From an uncultured Gammaproteobacteria bacterium (GTDB lineage: Bacteria; Pseudomonadota; Gammaproteobacteria; Tethybacterales; Tethybacteraceae), in assembly GCA_964509765.1 (NCBI GenBank), contig CAZDYI010000040.1:1-61539 (forward strand): a stretch of DNA of 61,539 nucleotides. The letters are read 5' to 3'. Positions 1-11,704 of this stretch are shown in pieces; positions within the stretch are counted from its first letter, which is position 1; every line of letters begins with the position of its first letter. The position numbers were made by a program, and so were the translations under genes. The notes below the pieces were generated by a model. The model worked only from the letters and a program-made list of their open reading frames with translations, was not told the origin of the DNA and did not search any database.

Positions 1-6
1 GGCACT

Positions 7-1550
<1,544 letters not shown>

Positions 1551-1694
1551 TTTTGATTCAGAGCCCACACACTGAGAGCATCTCTGCTCTTTTGGTGCGG
1601 GCGTTGTGTCGGTTCATTGCCCGACGTCCGCCCACACTCATCGGCTGGTTTCCTTGTTCTAGACCGAGCCCGCATGTCAGCGGGCAGGAAGGGC

Positions 1695-1700
1695 ATTATA
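1695..1700 (-). promoter_or_regulatory. Probable rRNA operon -10 element
   Basis: Perfect TATAAT on the minus strand followed by a GC-rich discriminator, ~145 nt upstream of 16S; no clean -35. Confidence 0.55.
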
Positions 1701-1777
1701 CATGCAAGCGGGTCCGTAAACCAAATCCGGGGGAACCGCCGCCGGACCCGCGCCCGGGGCGCAGGGGGAAGGGCAGA

Positions 1778-1809
1778 TTGTTATACCGTATACAAAGATA
1801 TGGTATACT
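1778..1809 (+). promoter_or_regulatory. Promoter and probable GntR/FadR-type operator of the catabolic operon
   Basis: TTATAC-N17-TATACT with extended TGn -10; GTATAC palindromes at 1788-1793 and 1803-1808 in an AT-rich patch. Confidence 0.55.
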
Positions 1810-1817
1810 CACCGGCA

Positions 1818-2549
1818 ATGCAGGCGCCCAACGGCGGAGCGGCGCGGATGGAGCCCATCCGCAGGACGCGGGTCACAGACCAGGTCATCGACCGCCTGGT
1901 GCCCGCCATAGGCACGAGGTGCTTCCCGCCGGGGTTCCGGCTTGTTGAGGACGAGCTTGCCTCCGAGCTCGGCGTCAGCCGGATCCCCGTGCGCGAGGCG
2001 ATCCGCGAGCTGTCCCTGCAGGGGATACTCACCGCGGCGCCCGGGCGCGGCTGGCGCGTCGCGCCGTTCGACGACAGGCAGATCGAGGAGGTCTGCCGGG
2101 TGCGGATCGCGCTCGAGACCGAGATGCTCGCCGAGGCGCTCCCGAGGCTGCGCTCGGACCCGGCCCTCTTCGGGCGGCTGGACGCCGAGCTGGAGGCGAT
2201 GAGGGCTGCCGCAAGGCGGTCCGACAGCGAGGCGCTCCGCGACTCGGACGTCAGCTTCCACCGCGCCGCGATATCCGCTTCCGGCAACGAGCTGGGCATG
2301 CGCATCTGGGAGGGGATCTCGCGCCAGGTGAAGATCATCTTCGGCCTCGAGATCGAGAGGTACCCGGACTTCCCCGCGGTGCTCAGGCAGCACGAGGACC
2401 TCCGCAGGTTCCTCGCCAAGGGCAGGCCGGAGCGGCTCGGGGCGTTCATGAAGGAGCACATCACGGCCTGGATATCCAAGAAGGGGATGCCGAAGTCCGG
2501 GAGCAAGAAGTCGACAGCCTCGAGGAAGAGGGGGAGGACGAAAAAATGA
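1818..2549 (+). CDS. GntR family (FadR/FCD) transcriptional regulator
   Basis: wHTH motif LVEDELASELGVSRIPVREAIREL and FCD motif DVSFHRAAISASGN; start moved to ATG 1818 (1847 possible). Confidence 0.93.
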   Translation: MQAPNGGAARMEPIRRTRVTDQVIDRLVPAIGTRCFPPGFRLVEDELASELGVSRIPVREAIRELSLQGILTAAPGRGWRVAPFDDRQIEEVCRVRIALETEMLAEALPRLRSDPALFGRLDAELEAMRAAARRSDSEALRDSDVSFHRAAISASGNELGMRIWEGISRQVKIIFGLEIERYPDFPAVLRQHEDLRRFLAKGRPERLGAFMKEHITAWISKKGMPKSGSKKSTASRKRGRTKK

Positions 2550-3556
2550 AGAAGGTAACCGCAATGAGAATCGCGCCGCTTGCCGCGGCGGCCGCCGCGG
2601 CCTGCATGCCCGCCGCGGCGCAGGAGGTCAGGCTGTTCAGCTTCGAGGGCTACGCCGAGCCGGAGTGGGTCGGGCCCTTCGAGGCCGAGACCGGCTGCGA
2701 GGTCAAGGTGGCCTACACGGGCTCGGTCGACGAGATGTTCGCGCGGATGGTCGGCAGCGACGGCGCCGACTTTGACCTGGTCTCGATCGACACCTCGCTG
2801 TTCCCGAGGTACATCGACAACGACCTGATCGTGCCGTTCGACATGTCGAAGGTGCCGAACACCGCGAACCTGCTCCCGTCGTTCCGGTCGGTCAGGGAGG
2901 TGCAAAGCGGCGGCGAGACCTACGGCGTGCCGATCGCCTGGGGCTCGCTCGGGCTGATCTACGACAAGGAGGCGTTCCCATCCGGGGTGGACAGCTGGGA
3001 GGCGCTGTGGGACCCGGCCAACTCGGGCCACGTCCTCGCGCTCGACGACGCGAACAACAACGTCACGAACGCGGCGATCGTCCTCGGCCTGGGCGACCCG
3101 TTCAACCTCAGCGACTCCGATTTCGACAGGGTCAAGGAGAAGCTCATCGAGCAGAAGCGGCACCTCATCAGCTACTACGCCGGATTCGAGGAGGGGGTCA
3201 ACATCTGGTCCTCGAGCGAGGCGAGCCTGATGTTCTCGATGGGCGAGTTCCAGGCGGTCGAGCTGGCCGACCGCGGCTTCGACGTCGTCTACTCGATCCC
3301 GAAGGAGGGCGGCATCGGCTGGCTCGACACCTGGGCGATGTCCAAGGGCGTCAAGGACAGGGACTGCGTCCACAAGTGGGTCAACCACTACCTCAACGGT
3401 ACGACGGGCCCGGTCATGACCGACCTCAAGGGCTACGGCAACACGACCGACGAGAGCCCCGGGCTCGACTACGCCGACAAGCTGGTCTGGCTCCGCCCGG
3501 TCGAGGACTTCGACCGCAGGGTCCAGGTCTGGAACGAGGTCAAGGCGGCGCAGTAG
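2546..3556 (+). CDS. PotD/PotF-like ABC substrate-binding protein
   Basis: Signal peptide ending AAA-QE; FEAETGCEV, YGVPIAWGSLGLIY, DSWEALWDP and PKEGGIGWLDTW are typical of polyamine-type SBPs. Confidence 0.9.
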   Translation: MKKVTAMRIAPLAAAAAAACMPAAAQEVRLFSFEGYAEPEWVGPFEAETGCEVKVAYTGSVDEMFARMVGSDGADFDLVSIDTSLFPRYIDNDLIVPFDMSKVPNTANLLPSFRSVREVQSGGETYGVPIAWGSLGLIYDKEAFPSGVDSWEALWDPANSGHVLALDDANNNVTNAAIVLGLGDPFNLSDSDFDRVKEKLIEQKRHLISYYAGFEEGVNIWSSSEASLMFSMGEFQAVELADRGFDVVYSIPKEGGIGWLDTWAMSKGVKDRDCVHKWVNHYLNGTTGPVMTDLKGYGNTTDESPGLDYADKLVWLRPVEDFDRRVQVWNEVKAAQ

Positions 3557-3650
3557 CCGCGCAGCGCGCACCCAAAGGGGCGGCCGGTCCGCCCCCCGCG
3601 CCCGACTCGGGTTAGGATTCCCGCCGCACGGGTTTGATGGGAGTCTGCCG

Positions 3651-4820
3651 ATGAAGATAACCGACGTGGCCTGCCACGTCCTGCTGGCCGACGACTACGA
3701 CGCCGGCCTGACCTCGTCGGCGCAGGACAGCCTGCTCGTCGTCGTCAAGACCGACGAGGGGATCGAGGGCTACGGCGAGAGCGACCTCAACCCGTGGATC
3801 GGCAGGGCGTGCATCGAGGCGCCGGGGACGCACACGATGGGGCTTTGCATGCGCGACCGGCTCATCGGCCGCGACCCGCTCGACATCGCCGGCGCCTGGG
3901 AGGACGCGTACACCTACACCGCGATGAACGGCCGGCGCGGGGCCGCGGTCCACGCGCTCGGCGCGGTTGACATGGCGCTGTGGGACATCGTCGGCAAGAG
4001 CGCCGGAAAGCCGGTGTGGCAGCTGCTCGGAGAGAAGCGCGACACGCCCGTCGTCCCCTACGCGTCGCTGCAGCCGTCGGGCAAGACCTTCGAGGCCTAC
4101 CGCGACGCTATCTGCGAGTCGGCGCAAAAGGCGAAGGAGATCGGCTTCCGGGCCGTGAAGGCCGAGTGCACGATGGCGGGGCCCTACGCCCACGACGGGA
4201 TGAGCGAGAGCTACGACCGGCACACCGAGCTCGTCGCAGCGGTGCGCGAGGCAGTCGGCCCTGAGGTCACGCTGATGGTTGACGTGCAGTACCTCTGGCG
4301 CGACGCGGACACCGCGCACTCGGTTGTCAAGGACTGGGGCGACTTCGACATCTACTTCCTCGAGACGCCGATCTGGCCTGACTTCCTCGACGAGCACGCC
4401 AAGCTTGCGGAGCGTGTCCCGTTCCCGATCGCCTCGGGCGAGTGGCTGTCGACGAGGTGGGAGTTCGAGGACCTGGTCGAGCGCGGCAAGGTCGGCGTGG
4501 TCCAGCCCGACGTCGGCCGCGTCGGCGGGATCAGCGAGGCGCGGGAGGTCTGCAGGATGGCCAAGGAGAGGGGGCTGCCCGTCGTCCCCCACTGCTGGAA
4601 GACCGGCGTGTCGCTTTCCGCATGCGCCCACCTCGCCGTCGCGACGCCCGGCATCAGCTTCATCGAGTACCTGCCGCCGCAGCTATGCATCGAGAAGCTC
4701 AGGCGCGAGCTCGCGACCGAGGACCTCGTCTTCGAGAACGGCGAGATCCTGCCGCCGGCCAAGCCCGGGCTGGGCGTGGAAATAAACTGGGATGCCGTCA
4801 AGGCGTATGGGCAGGAATGA
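3651..4820 (+). CDS. Mandelate racemase/muconate lactonizing enzyme family (enolase superfamily) protein
   Basis: AVDMALWDIVGK..GKPVWQLLG, metal ligands in MVD, LETP and SGEW, plus QPDVGRVGG, PHCW and PGLGVEIN. Confidence 0.93.
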   Translation: MKITDVACHVLLADDYDAGLTSSAQDSLLVVVKTDEGIEGYGESDLNPWIGRACIEAPGTHTMGLCMRDRLIGRDPLDIAGAWEDAYTYTAMNGRRGAAVHALGAVDMALWDIVGKSAGKPVWQLLGEKRDTPVVPYASLQPSGKTFEAYRDAICESAQKAKEIGFRAVKAECTMAGPYAHDGMSESYDRHTELVAAVREAVGPEVTLMVDVQYLWRDADTAHSVVKDWGDFDIYFLETPIWPDFLDEHAKLAERVPFPIASGEWLSTRWEFEDLVERGKVGVVQPDVGRVGGISEAREVCRMAKERGLPVVPHCWKTGVSLSACAHLAVATPGISFIEYLPPQLCIEKLRRELATEDLVFENGEILPPAKPGLGVEINWDAVKAYGQE

Positions 4821-5922
4821 GCAAGCCGGCGCGGCCGACTCGGGCGGCGACGGGCCCCTGCTTCGGATCCGGGGCCTCGAGGTTCGCTTCGGCTCGTTCA
4901 GCGCGCTGCGCCCGCTCGACCTTGACGTAAGGGACGGCGAGTTCCTGACCATCCTGGGCCCGTCCGGGTCCGGGAAGACGACGCTGCTCCGCGCGATCGC
5001 CGGGTTCCAGCGGCCCGACTCCGGAACGATGGAGTTCAACGGCGAGGACATCGCCGGCGTGCCGACCAACCGGCGGCCGTTCAACACGGTGTTCCAGGAC
5101 TACGCGCTGTTCCCGCACATGACCGTGCGCGACAACGTCGGCTTCGGCCTGCGGATGCGCGGGGTCAAAGGAGGGGACCTCGGAGCCAGGGTCGACGGCG
5201 CCCTGCGGGTCGTCGGCCTCGAGGACCTGGGCGGGCGTTACCCCTCGCAGCTCAGCGGCGGCCAGCAGCAGCGCACCGCGCTCGCCCGGGCGATGATCTG
5301 CGAGCCGAAGCTGATACTCCTCGACGAGCCGCTCGCAGCGCTCGACGCAACCCTGCGGCGCAACATGCAGGACTTCCTCAAGTCGGTTCAGCGAAAGAGC
5401 GGGATCACTTTCCTGTTCGTCACCCACGACCAGTCGGAGGCGATCACGATGTCCGACAGGATCTGCGTCATGCGGGAGGGGCGGATAGAGCAGATAGGCA
5501 CGCCGCGCGACCTGTACTACCGGCCGAACAGCCGCTTCGTCGCGTCGTTCTTCGGCGCGAGCAACATCCTCGGCCCGTGCACCGTCAGGGAGTCATCCGG
5601 AGGGAAGACCACTGTCTCAACCGCGCTCGGCGAGTTCGAGGTTGCGGGCCCCGCCCCCGAGGTTTCGGGCGGCCTCTCCCTCGCCGTCCGTCCCGAGGCG
5701 TTCGTAGCCGGCGCCGCGGGCCGGGCCAACTCGATCGCGGCTGAGGTCGCCGCTGTCAGCTTCAACGGCTCGGAGACGGTAACCGTGCTGCGCCACAGGG
5801 AGACGGGCACGACGCTGACGATGAAGGCGCGCAGCGACCCGTCGGCGAGGCCGCACGAGGTCGGCTCCTCGGTCACCGTCGGCTTCGAGCCGTCCGAGTG
5901 CGCAATCGTCGCCGACGGATGA
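4807..5922 (+). CDS. PotA-like ABC ATP-binding protein
   Basis: Walker A GPSGSGKT, NTVFQDYALFPHM, LSGGQQQR, LLDEP and a C-terminal TOBE-like region. Confidence 0.95.
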   Translation: MGRNEQAGAADSGGDGPLLRIRGLEVRFGSFSALRPLDLDVRDGEFLTILGPSGSGKTTLLRAIAGFQRPDSGTMEFNGEDIAGVPTNRRPFNTVFQDYALFPHMTVRDNVGFGLRMRGVKGGDLGARVDGALRVVGLEDLGGRYPSQLSGGQQQRTALARAMICEPKLILLDEPLAALDATLRRNMQDFLKSVQRKSGITFLFVTHDQSEAITMSDRICVMREGRIEQIGTPRDLYYRPNSRFVASFFGASNILGPCTVRESSGGKTTVSTALGEFEVAGPAPEVSGGLSLAVRPEAFVAGAAGRANSIAAEVAAVSFNGSETVTVLRHRETGTTLTMKARSDPSARPHEVGSSVTVGFEPSECAIVADG

Positions 5923-6779
5923 TGCCTGCGGCCGGCGTCGACGCGGCGGGGCGCAGGGCGGGCGGGGCCCTGCTGTGGGCCCTTGCAGCCCTGTTCATCA
6001 TCCTGCCGCTCGCGAGCTTCCTCGCCTACGCATTCTTCACTGCGGACGGCGGGAACATCGACCGCGCGCCCTCCCTCGGCAACTTCGCCGAGGTGGCCGA
6101 GAACCCCTCCTACCGCGTCACGTTCTTCAGGACCGCGGGCATGGCCCTCCAGGTTTCAGCCATCAACCTGCTGCTCGGCTACGCGACCGCGTACTTCATC
6201 TGGCGGCGCCCTCCGGCGCACCGGGCCTTCTACCTGTTCGCCCTGGCGGTCCCGCTGCTGATGAGCTACGTCATCAAGATCTACGCGATGCGCGGCGTGC
6301 TCGGAACGACCGGCATGCTCAACTCCGCCCTGCTCGCGCTCGGCATCGTCGACCGGCCGGTGACCGCGCTTTTGTTCAACCTCACCGCTGTGCGGGTGAC
6401 GCTGTCGGTCGTGCTTCTGCCGTTCATGGCGCTGCCGATATACGTCGCCCTCGAGAGAATCCCGCAGTCCGTCCTGCGCGCTGCGCAGGACCTCGGCGCG
6501 AGCGAGTCCCAGGCGTTCGCGAGGGTCGTCCTGCCGCTTAGCCTGCCCGGCGCCTCGGTAGGCGCGATGTTCACCTTCGTGCTCGCGGTCGGCGACTTCC
6601 TCGCCCCCGAGCTCGTCGGCGGCATCGACGGCTTCACGTACGGGCGCCTGGTGTTCAGCCAGTTCGGGCTCGCCTTCAACTGGCCGCTGGGCGCGGCGCT
6701 TTCCATCCTCCTGCTCGCGCTTGCGCTCGCCGTGATCGGCGCGGCGCGGCGGATCGGCAGCCCGGCATGGCAGCGGTGA
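5919..6779 (+). CDS. PotB-like ABC permease
   Basis: Multiple TM helices, EAA-like loop AAQDLGAS, FNWPLGAALS; ATGA overlap with the ATPase stop. Confidence 0.92.
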   Translation: MMPAAGVDAAGRRAGGALLWALAALFIILPLASFLAYAFFTADGGNIDRAPSLGNFAEVAENPSYRVTFFRTAGMALQVSAINLLLGYATAYFIWRRPPAHRAFYLFALAVPLLMSYVIKIYAMRGVLGTTGMLNSALLALGIVDRPVTALLFNLTAVRVTLSVVLLPFMALPIYVALERIPQSVLRAAQDLGASESQAFARVVLPLSLPGASVGAMFTFVLAVGDFLAPELVGGIDGFTYGRLVFSQFGLAFNWPLGAALSILLLALALAVIGAARRIGSPAWQR

Positions 6780-7591
6780 GGGGCATGTCGCGGGGCAGGG
6801 TAACGGACGCGGCGCTCGCGGCCGTGGCCGCGGCCGTCTACCTCTCCCTCTACCTGCCGATCCTGCTGGTTTTCGTCCTGTCGTTCTTCTCGCTGCGGCG
6901 CGGCAAGGTCGACTGGGGGTCGTTCTCGCTCGAGTGGTACGCGAAGCTGTTCGGCAACGAGGCCCTCGGCGAGGCGCTGCGGAACTCCGTCGCCGTCGGG
7001 ATCGCCGCGGTCGCCGCGGCGACGGTCGTTGCGACTGCCGCCGCGCTGTACGTCCACTCCCGCCCAGCGTCCCGCTCGTCGCGGCTGCTCGAGTACATGG
7101 TGTTCCTGCCGTTCCTCCTGCCGCCGATCATCACCGGCCTCTCCTTGCTGATCTACTTCCGCGAGGCCGGCGTCCCGCGCGGGCTCGCCACGGTAATCGC
7201 CGGCCATGCCCTGTTCGTGCTCGCGATCGCCTACAGGATCGTCCTGACGCGGCTGAACTCGCTGAGCCGCAACATCGTCGAGGCTGCGCAAGACCTCGGG
7301 GCCTCGAGGATGCAGACCTTCCGCCACATCATCCTTCCGAACCTGCGCATGCCGCTGACGGTAGCCGGGCTGCTCGCCTTCGCGCTCTCCTTTGATGAGA
7401 CAATGATAACGCTGTTCCTCGCGGGGACCGACGCGACCCTGCCGGTGCGGCTCTATGCGATGATGAGGGTCGGGTTCACTCCGGAGATCAACGCGCTGAT
7501 CACGCTCATCCTCATTTTCTCGGTGTTGCTCACCCTGGCCGTCGCGCTAGCGTGGCGGCGGCAGGCCGGCCTCGGCGAGGCCGGCGGCTGA
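6767..7591 (+). CDS. PotC-like ABC permease
   Basis: FSLEWYAKLF, EAAQDLGAS, FALSFDE, TLPV and TPEINA motifs; start may be 6785. Confidence 0.92.
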   Translation: MAAVRGMSRGRVTDAALAAVAAAVYLSLYLPILLVFVLSFFSLRRGKVDWGSFSLEWYAKLFGNEALGEALRNSVAVGIAAVAAATVVATAAALYVHSRPASRSSRLLEYMVFLPFLLPPIITGLSLLIYFREAGVPRGLATVIAGHALFVLAIAYRIVLTRLNSLSRNIVEAAQDLGASRMQTFRHIILPNLRMPLTVAGLLAFALSFDETMITLFLAGTDATLPVRLYAMMRVGFTPEINALITLILIFSVLLTLAVALAWRRQAGLGEAGG

Positions 7592-7593
7592 GC

Positions 7594-8358
7594 ATGGCCG
7601 ACAGGCGCTTCGAAGGCCGGACGGCCCTTGTGACCGGGGCCGCCAGGGGAATCGGCCTTGCGGTCGGGACGCGCCTTGCCGAGCTCGGCGCGACGGCCTA
7701 CATGGCGGACGTCGACGCCGCTGAACAGGAAAAGGCGGTCGCCGGAGGAGGCAACATGATCCCGGCGGAGGTCGACATCACCGACGGCAAGTCGTGCGAG
7801 AGACTCGTCGAGCGGATCAGGGACGAGCGGGGCGGGCTGGACATGCTCGTCAACAACGCGGCGATCCTCGACATCTGCCCGTACGGCGAGCTGACCGTCG
7901 AGCGGTTCCGCAAGGTGACCGAGGTGAACCTCGACGGCGCGCTGATCTGCTCCCTCGCCGCGGTCCCGGCGATGCCCGAGGGCGGGAGCGTACTGATGGT
8001 CGCGAGCATCATGGGGCTTTTTGCCCAGCCCGACTCGCTGCCGTACTCGACGGCCAAGGGCGGGATCGTCAACATGGTCCGCGCGCTTGCATGCGACCTC
8101 GCGCCGAAGGGGATCACGGTAAACGGGATCGCCCCGGGCTTCATCGACACGCGCATGGCGCGGCTCGCCGACGGAAGCCACGAGCACGATAGCGAGATGT
8201 TCAGGGAGGTCTACCTCAAGCACGGCAAGATACCGCTCAAGCGCGCCGGCAGGCCGGAGGACGTCGCGGGCGCGGCCTGCTTTTTGCTGTCGGGGGAGGC
8301 GGCCTACGTTACCGGCCAAACGCTTGCGGTCGACGGCGGGGTGACCGCCACGTTCTGA
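7594..8358 (+). CDS. SDR family NAD(P)-dependent oxidoreductase
   Basis: TGAARGIG, NNAA, catalytic YSTAK, VNGIAPGFIDT and TGQTLAVDGG. Confidence 0.95.
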   Translation: MADRRFEGRTALVTGAARGIGLAVGTRLAELGATAYMADVDAAEQEKAVAGGGNMIPAEVDITDGKSCERLVERIRDERGGLDMLVNNAAILDICPYGELTVERFRKVTEVNLDGALICSLAAVPAMPEGGSVLMVASIMGLFAQPDSLPYSTAKGGIVNMVRALACDLAPKGITVNGIAPGFIDTRMARLADGSHEHDSEMFREVYLKHGKIPLKRAGRPEDVAGAACFLLSGEAAYVTGQTLAVDGGVTATF

Positions 8359-8380
8359 GGCCCGCGGCGCGGGCCGCGCG

Positions 8381-9631
8381 CTACGCCTTCCAGGGCGGCA
8401 GCTTGCTTTTCGCGAGCTTGAGATTAAGTTTCGCGTGCACCGGCAGGCCGCCGCGGTAGGGCGGCGGGTCCTCGCCCGCGATCAGCGGCGCTAGGTAGCG
8501 GCGGCAGGCCTTGGTGATCATGTGGCCGTCCCTGGTGATGTGGCCGCGCGGGACGGTGCGCTCGCGGTTGGCGACCTTAGACAGAGCGACCGGCTCAACC
8601 TTCCACCGGTATGGTGCGTCCGACAGGCGGCGGACCGACATCATCACGCCGCCCCTGCCGCGCACCGCGTGCCAGACCGCCTTGCGGCCGACGGCCTCGG
8701 CCTGCTCAACGTCGGTTTTCGAAGCCTGGTGGCGCGCCGCGCGCTGCATGTAGTCCGCGAGCGCCCAGTGGTACTTGACCCCGAGCGCCGACTTGCACTG
8801 CTCGGCCAGGATGGCTGCGACGCCGCCGAGCTGCGCGTGGGCGAAGGAGTCGCGCGTGCCGCGTTCGGAAACGTACTTACCCTTCCCGTCGCGCAGGCCC
8901 TCCGATGCGACGACGACGCAGTGGCCGTGACATTCGATCCTATGGCGCACCGCCTTGGTGAACTGCTTGGCATTGTGCGGCAGCTCCGGGAAGCAGATCA
9001 TCACGGGCCCGCCTTCCTCTGCCGGCAGGCCTCCCGCCGCGGCGATCCAGCCGGCGTGCCGGCCCATCACCTCGAGGATGAAGACCTTGGTAGACGTGCG
9101 GCTCATCGAGGCGACGTCGAGGGAAGTCTCGGCGACGGTGGTCGCGACGTACTTCGCGACCGAGCCGAAGCCCGGGCAGCAGTCGGTGTGGGCGAGGTCG
9201 TTGTCGACCGTCTTGGGTATGCCGACGCAGGTCACGTCGAGGCCGGCCCTCTTGCAGAACTTCGCGATCTTGTTTGTCGTGTCCTGGGAGTCGTTGCCGC
9301 CGTTGTACAGGAAGCAGCCCACGTCGCGCGCGCGGAAGACGTCGACCAGGCGCCGGTACGGGCGGTCGTCCTTCGCCGGGTCCGGCAGCTTCAGGCGGCA
9401 CGAGCCGAAGGCGCCGCCCGGGGTGTGGCGCAGCTTGCTCAACTCCGAGGCCTTTTCCGACCCAGCGTCGAACAGCTCGTCGTGGAGCACGCCGAGGATG
9501 CCGTCCTTGCCGGCGAACACCTTGCCGACCCGCGCGTCCTTGCACGCCTCGTCGATCACCCCGTACGCCGAGGCGTTGATCACAGCCGTAACGCCCCCGG
9601 ACTGGGCGTAGACGAGGTTGCGCCTCTTCAC
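8381..9631 (-). CDS. pfp: 6-phosphofructokinase, probably PPi-dependent
   Basis: QSGGVTAVIN, GGNDS, PKTVDND and EVMGRHAGW; the Asp in GGNDS and Lys in PKT are the established PPi-type determinants. Confidence 0.9.
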   Translation of the reverse strand: MKRRNLVYAQSGGVTAVINASAYGVIDEACKDARVGKVFAGKDGILGVLHDELFDAGSEKASELSKLRHTPGGAFGSCRLKLPDPAKDDRPYRRLVDVFRARDVGCFLYNGGNDSQDTTNKIAKFCKRAGLDVTCVGIPKTVDNDLAHTDCCPGFGSVAKYVATTVAETSLDVASMSRTSTKVFILEVMGRHAGWIAAAGGLPAEEGGPVMICFPELPHNAKQFTKAVRHRIECHGHCVVVASEGLRDGKGKYVSERGTRDSFAHAQLGGVAAILAEQCKSALGVKYHWALADYMQRAARHQASKTDVEQAEAVGRKAVWHAVRGRGGVMMSVRRLSDAPYRWKVEPVALSKVANRERTVPRGHITRDGHMITKACRRYLAPLIAGEDPPPYRGGLPVHAKLNLKLAKSKLPPWKA

Positions 9632-9640
9632 GGCCCTCCC

Positions 9641-10279
9641 TCAGGCCTGCAGCTCGGAGAGGATCTCGGCCGTCACCTCGTCGATCCCGCAGTCGCCGTC
9701 GACGGAGACGAGCCTCGTGCCCTCGTGGTCGCGGTAGTGCCCGACGAGCGCTGCGGTCTGGGCCTCGTACACGTCGAGTCGGTTCTCGACGGTCTCGGGC
9801 TTGTCGTCGTCGCGCTGGATCAGATCCTCGCCGGTCTCGTCGTCGAGGCCTTCGCTCTTCGGCGGGTTGTGGTCCACGTGGTACACGCGGCCCGACGCCG
9901 GATGGACCCGGCGTCCGGTAAGGCGGCGGACGATCGTTTCCCGGTCGCACCTGATCTCGAGGACGATATCCATCTCGACCTCGCGGTCGAGCGCCTCTGC
10001 CTGTGGGATCGTCCTCGGGAAGCCGTCGAGCAAAAAGCCGCCTGCGCAGTCGTCCTTCGCGATCCTCTCCTTGACCATCCCGATCACGACCGCGTCCGGG
10101 ACGAGCTCGCCCTTGTCCATGTATCCCTTGGCCTCGAGCCCGAGCTCCGTGCCGTCGCGGATCGCCTCGCGGAACATGTCGCCTGTCGAGATCGCGCTGA
10201 TCCCCAGCCGCTCGCTTATGCGGGCGGCCTGGGTGCCCTTGCCGCTTCCGGGCGGGCCTAGCAGGATCATCCTGTTCAT
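9641..10279 (-). CDS. adk: Adenylate kinase
   Basis: [27 protein letters not shown] and the LID segment [13 protein letters not shown]. Confidence 0.97.
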   Translation of the reverse strand: MNRMILLGPPGSGKGTQAARISERLGISAISTGDMFREAIRDGTELGLEAKGYMDKGELVPDAVVIGMVKERIAKDDCAGGFLLDGFPRTIPQAEALDREVEMDIVLEIRCDRETIVRRLTGRRVHPASGRVYHVDHNPPKSEGLDDETGEDLIQRDDDKPETVENRLDVYEAQTAALVGHYRDHEGTRLVSVDGDCGIDEVTAEILSELQA

Positions 10280-10334
10280 CGGGAACGGGATATTCTCACA
10301 CACCGCATGCCCGCGCATGCAAAGGCCGCCCCGC

Positions 10335-11606
10335 TCACCAAGGATGAAGCAGGGAGGAAACCGGCCATGCCTCAACGCCGTTCTGGTAGTCGACCTTGTG
10401 CTCCCCGCAATGGAACAGGATCGCCCGCTTGCACTTCTTGCCCATCAACTCCCGGAACTCGCTCAGGTTCCGGGTGTCATGCCTGCTCACCTTGGTTGTT
10501 GCCTTGACTTCGAACGCAAGGAAGTTGAGTCGCTTGCCCAGGACGAAGTCGACCTCGATGCCGTTGTTCTCGCGAAAGTAGGAGAAGTCATGCATCGGCC
10601 CCAGCCTGCTGGTTTCCTTGTGCTTGCGCAGCTCGGACAGGATGAAGTTCTCCAGGATGGTCCCCCAGGCCGGCGACAAGGAGACGCCGCCGTCCCCGAC
10701 GTCCAGCATGCTGGTTGCCATCCCGCTGTCGTTGAGGTACAGCTTCGGCGTGCTGGTCACCTCCTTGTTGCGCAGCTTCTCGCCGAAGCCGGGAAGCTCC
10801 TCGATTAGGTAGTTGTTCGAAAGCAATTCATACAGTTGCTCGATGTAGTAATCGGACTGCCTGGTTGCCTTTGCGATGTCCGTGATGCTTCGCAGGTGCC
10901 CCACGCTTCCCGCGAGCTTCCTGTAGAGCCTCTGCCTGGCTTGCACGCCTTGGAGCTTGCCCTTGACCTCCGATGGCCTGAAGATCTCCTCGTGAATGTA
11001 CCTTTCCATCTCGAGGGCCTTGTCCTCCTCGTAGAGCAGCATCGGATAGCCACCTTCCGCCACGATTTCCTCCAGGTTGCCGGCGGGGCGGTCAGGCGGG
11101 CTGCGGCCTTCCAGGACCGAGTCAACGAAGTTCGGGATCAGGGGCTCACCCTTGGGTTTCTTCCGGCTGCCCCCGCCCGCCTTCGCGGCGGACAGCTCAA
11201 ACTGGCTGAGCGGGCGCAACAGGAATCTCGCCGACCTTCCTTGCAGGTCGGCGAACTTCGCCTTCATCCGGAATCGGTCGCTTGACCCGGTGAGCAGGAA
11301 CATGCCGTTCCTCCTGTCGTTGTCGACGATGCCCTTGATCGACCTTACCAGCTCGGGATTGAGCTGGATTTCGTCAACGACAACGAAGTCGGATCCGTCA
11401 CCGAGGAGGCGGTGGCCGTCTTGCAGCTCGTCCCGTACCTTCCAGTCGTCAAGGGTCAGGTACCTGCCGCCCAGTTTCCTGCAGATCCTCCGGGCCAGGG
11501 TGGTTTTGCCAACCTGCTTGGCGCCTTCCAGGATCACCACAGGCTTGGCATGAAGCGCTCTCTCGACGGCTTGCTCCATGTCGCGGAGGACGTGCGACTT
11601 TTCCAT
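10335..11606 (-). CDS. AAA_14 ATPase with DUF4143 C-terminal domain
   Basis: [42 protein letters not shown] and EVDFV..FEVK (PD-(D/E)xK-like tail); lower GC than the flanks. Confidence 0.9.
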   Translation of the reverse strand: MEKSHVLRDMEQAVERALHAKPVVILEGAKQVGKTTLARRICRKLGGRYLTLDDWKVRDELQDGHRLLGDGSDFVVVDEIQLNPELVRSIKGIVDNDRRNGMFLLTGSSDRFRMKAKFADLQGRSARFLLRPLSQFELSAAKAGGGSRKKPKGEPLIPNFVDSVLEGRSPPDRPAGNLEEIVAEGGYPMLLYEEDKALEMERYIHEEIFRPSEVKGKLQGVQARQRLYRKLAGSVGHLRSITDIAKATRQSDYYIEQLYELLSNNYLIEELPGFGEKLRNKEVTSTPKLYLNDSGMATSMLDVGDGGVSLSPAWGTILENFILSELRKHKETSRLGPMHDFSYFRENNGIEVDFVLGKRLNFLAFEVKATTKVSRHDTRNLSEFRELMGKKCKRAILFHCGEHKVDYQNGVEAWPVSSLLHPW

Positions 11607-11630
11607 GGCGATGCAATGATAACACGATAC

Positions 11631-11704
11631 AATATATTTCCGAAAGTTTTCCGATATATATAAAAATATTTTGTGATATATATCTAAATCATTCGAGATA
11701 TACA
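11631..11704. repeat. Four (G/A)ATATA motifs at an exact 22-bp period upstream of the AAA ATPase
   Basis: AATATA at 11631 and GATATA at 11653, 11675 and 11697, within a very AT-rich patch. Confidence 0.7.

Noticed and set aside
3557-3650. GC hairpin after the SBP gene as a terminator or ncRNA
   Set aside because: No U-tract; most likely an ordinary intercistronic stabilising stem.
11631-11704. 22-bp periodic motif as a mini-CRISPR array
   Set aside because: Repeat (6-8 bp) and period are far too short and there are no cas genes; retained as a putative operator array.
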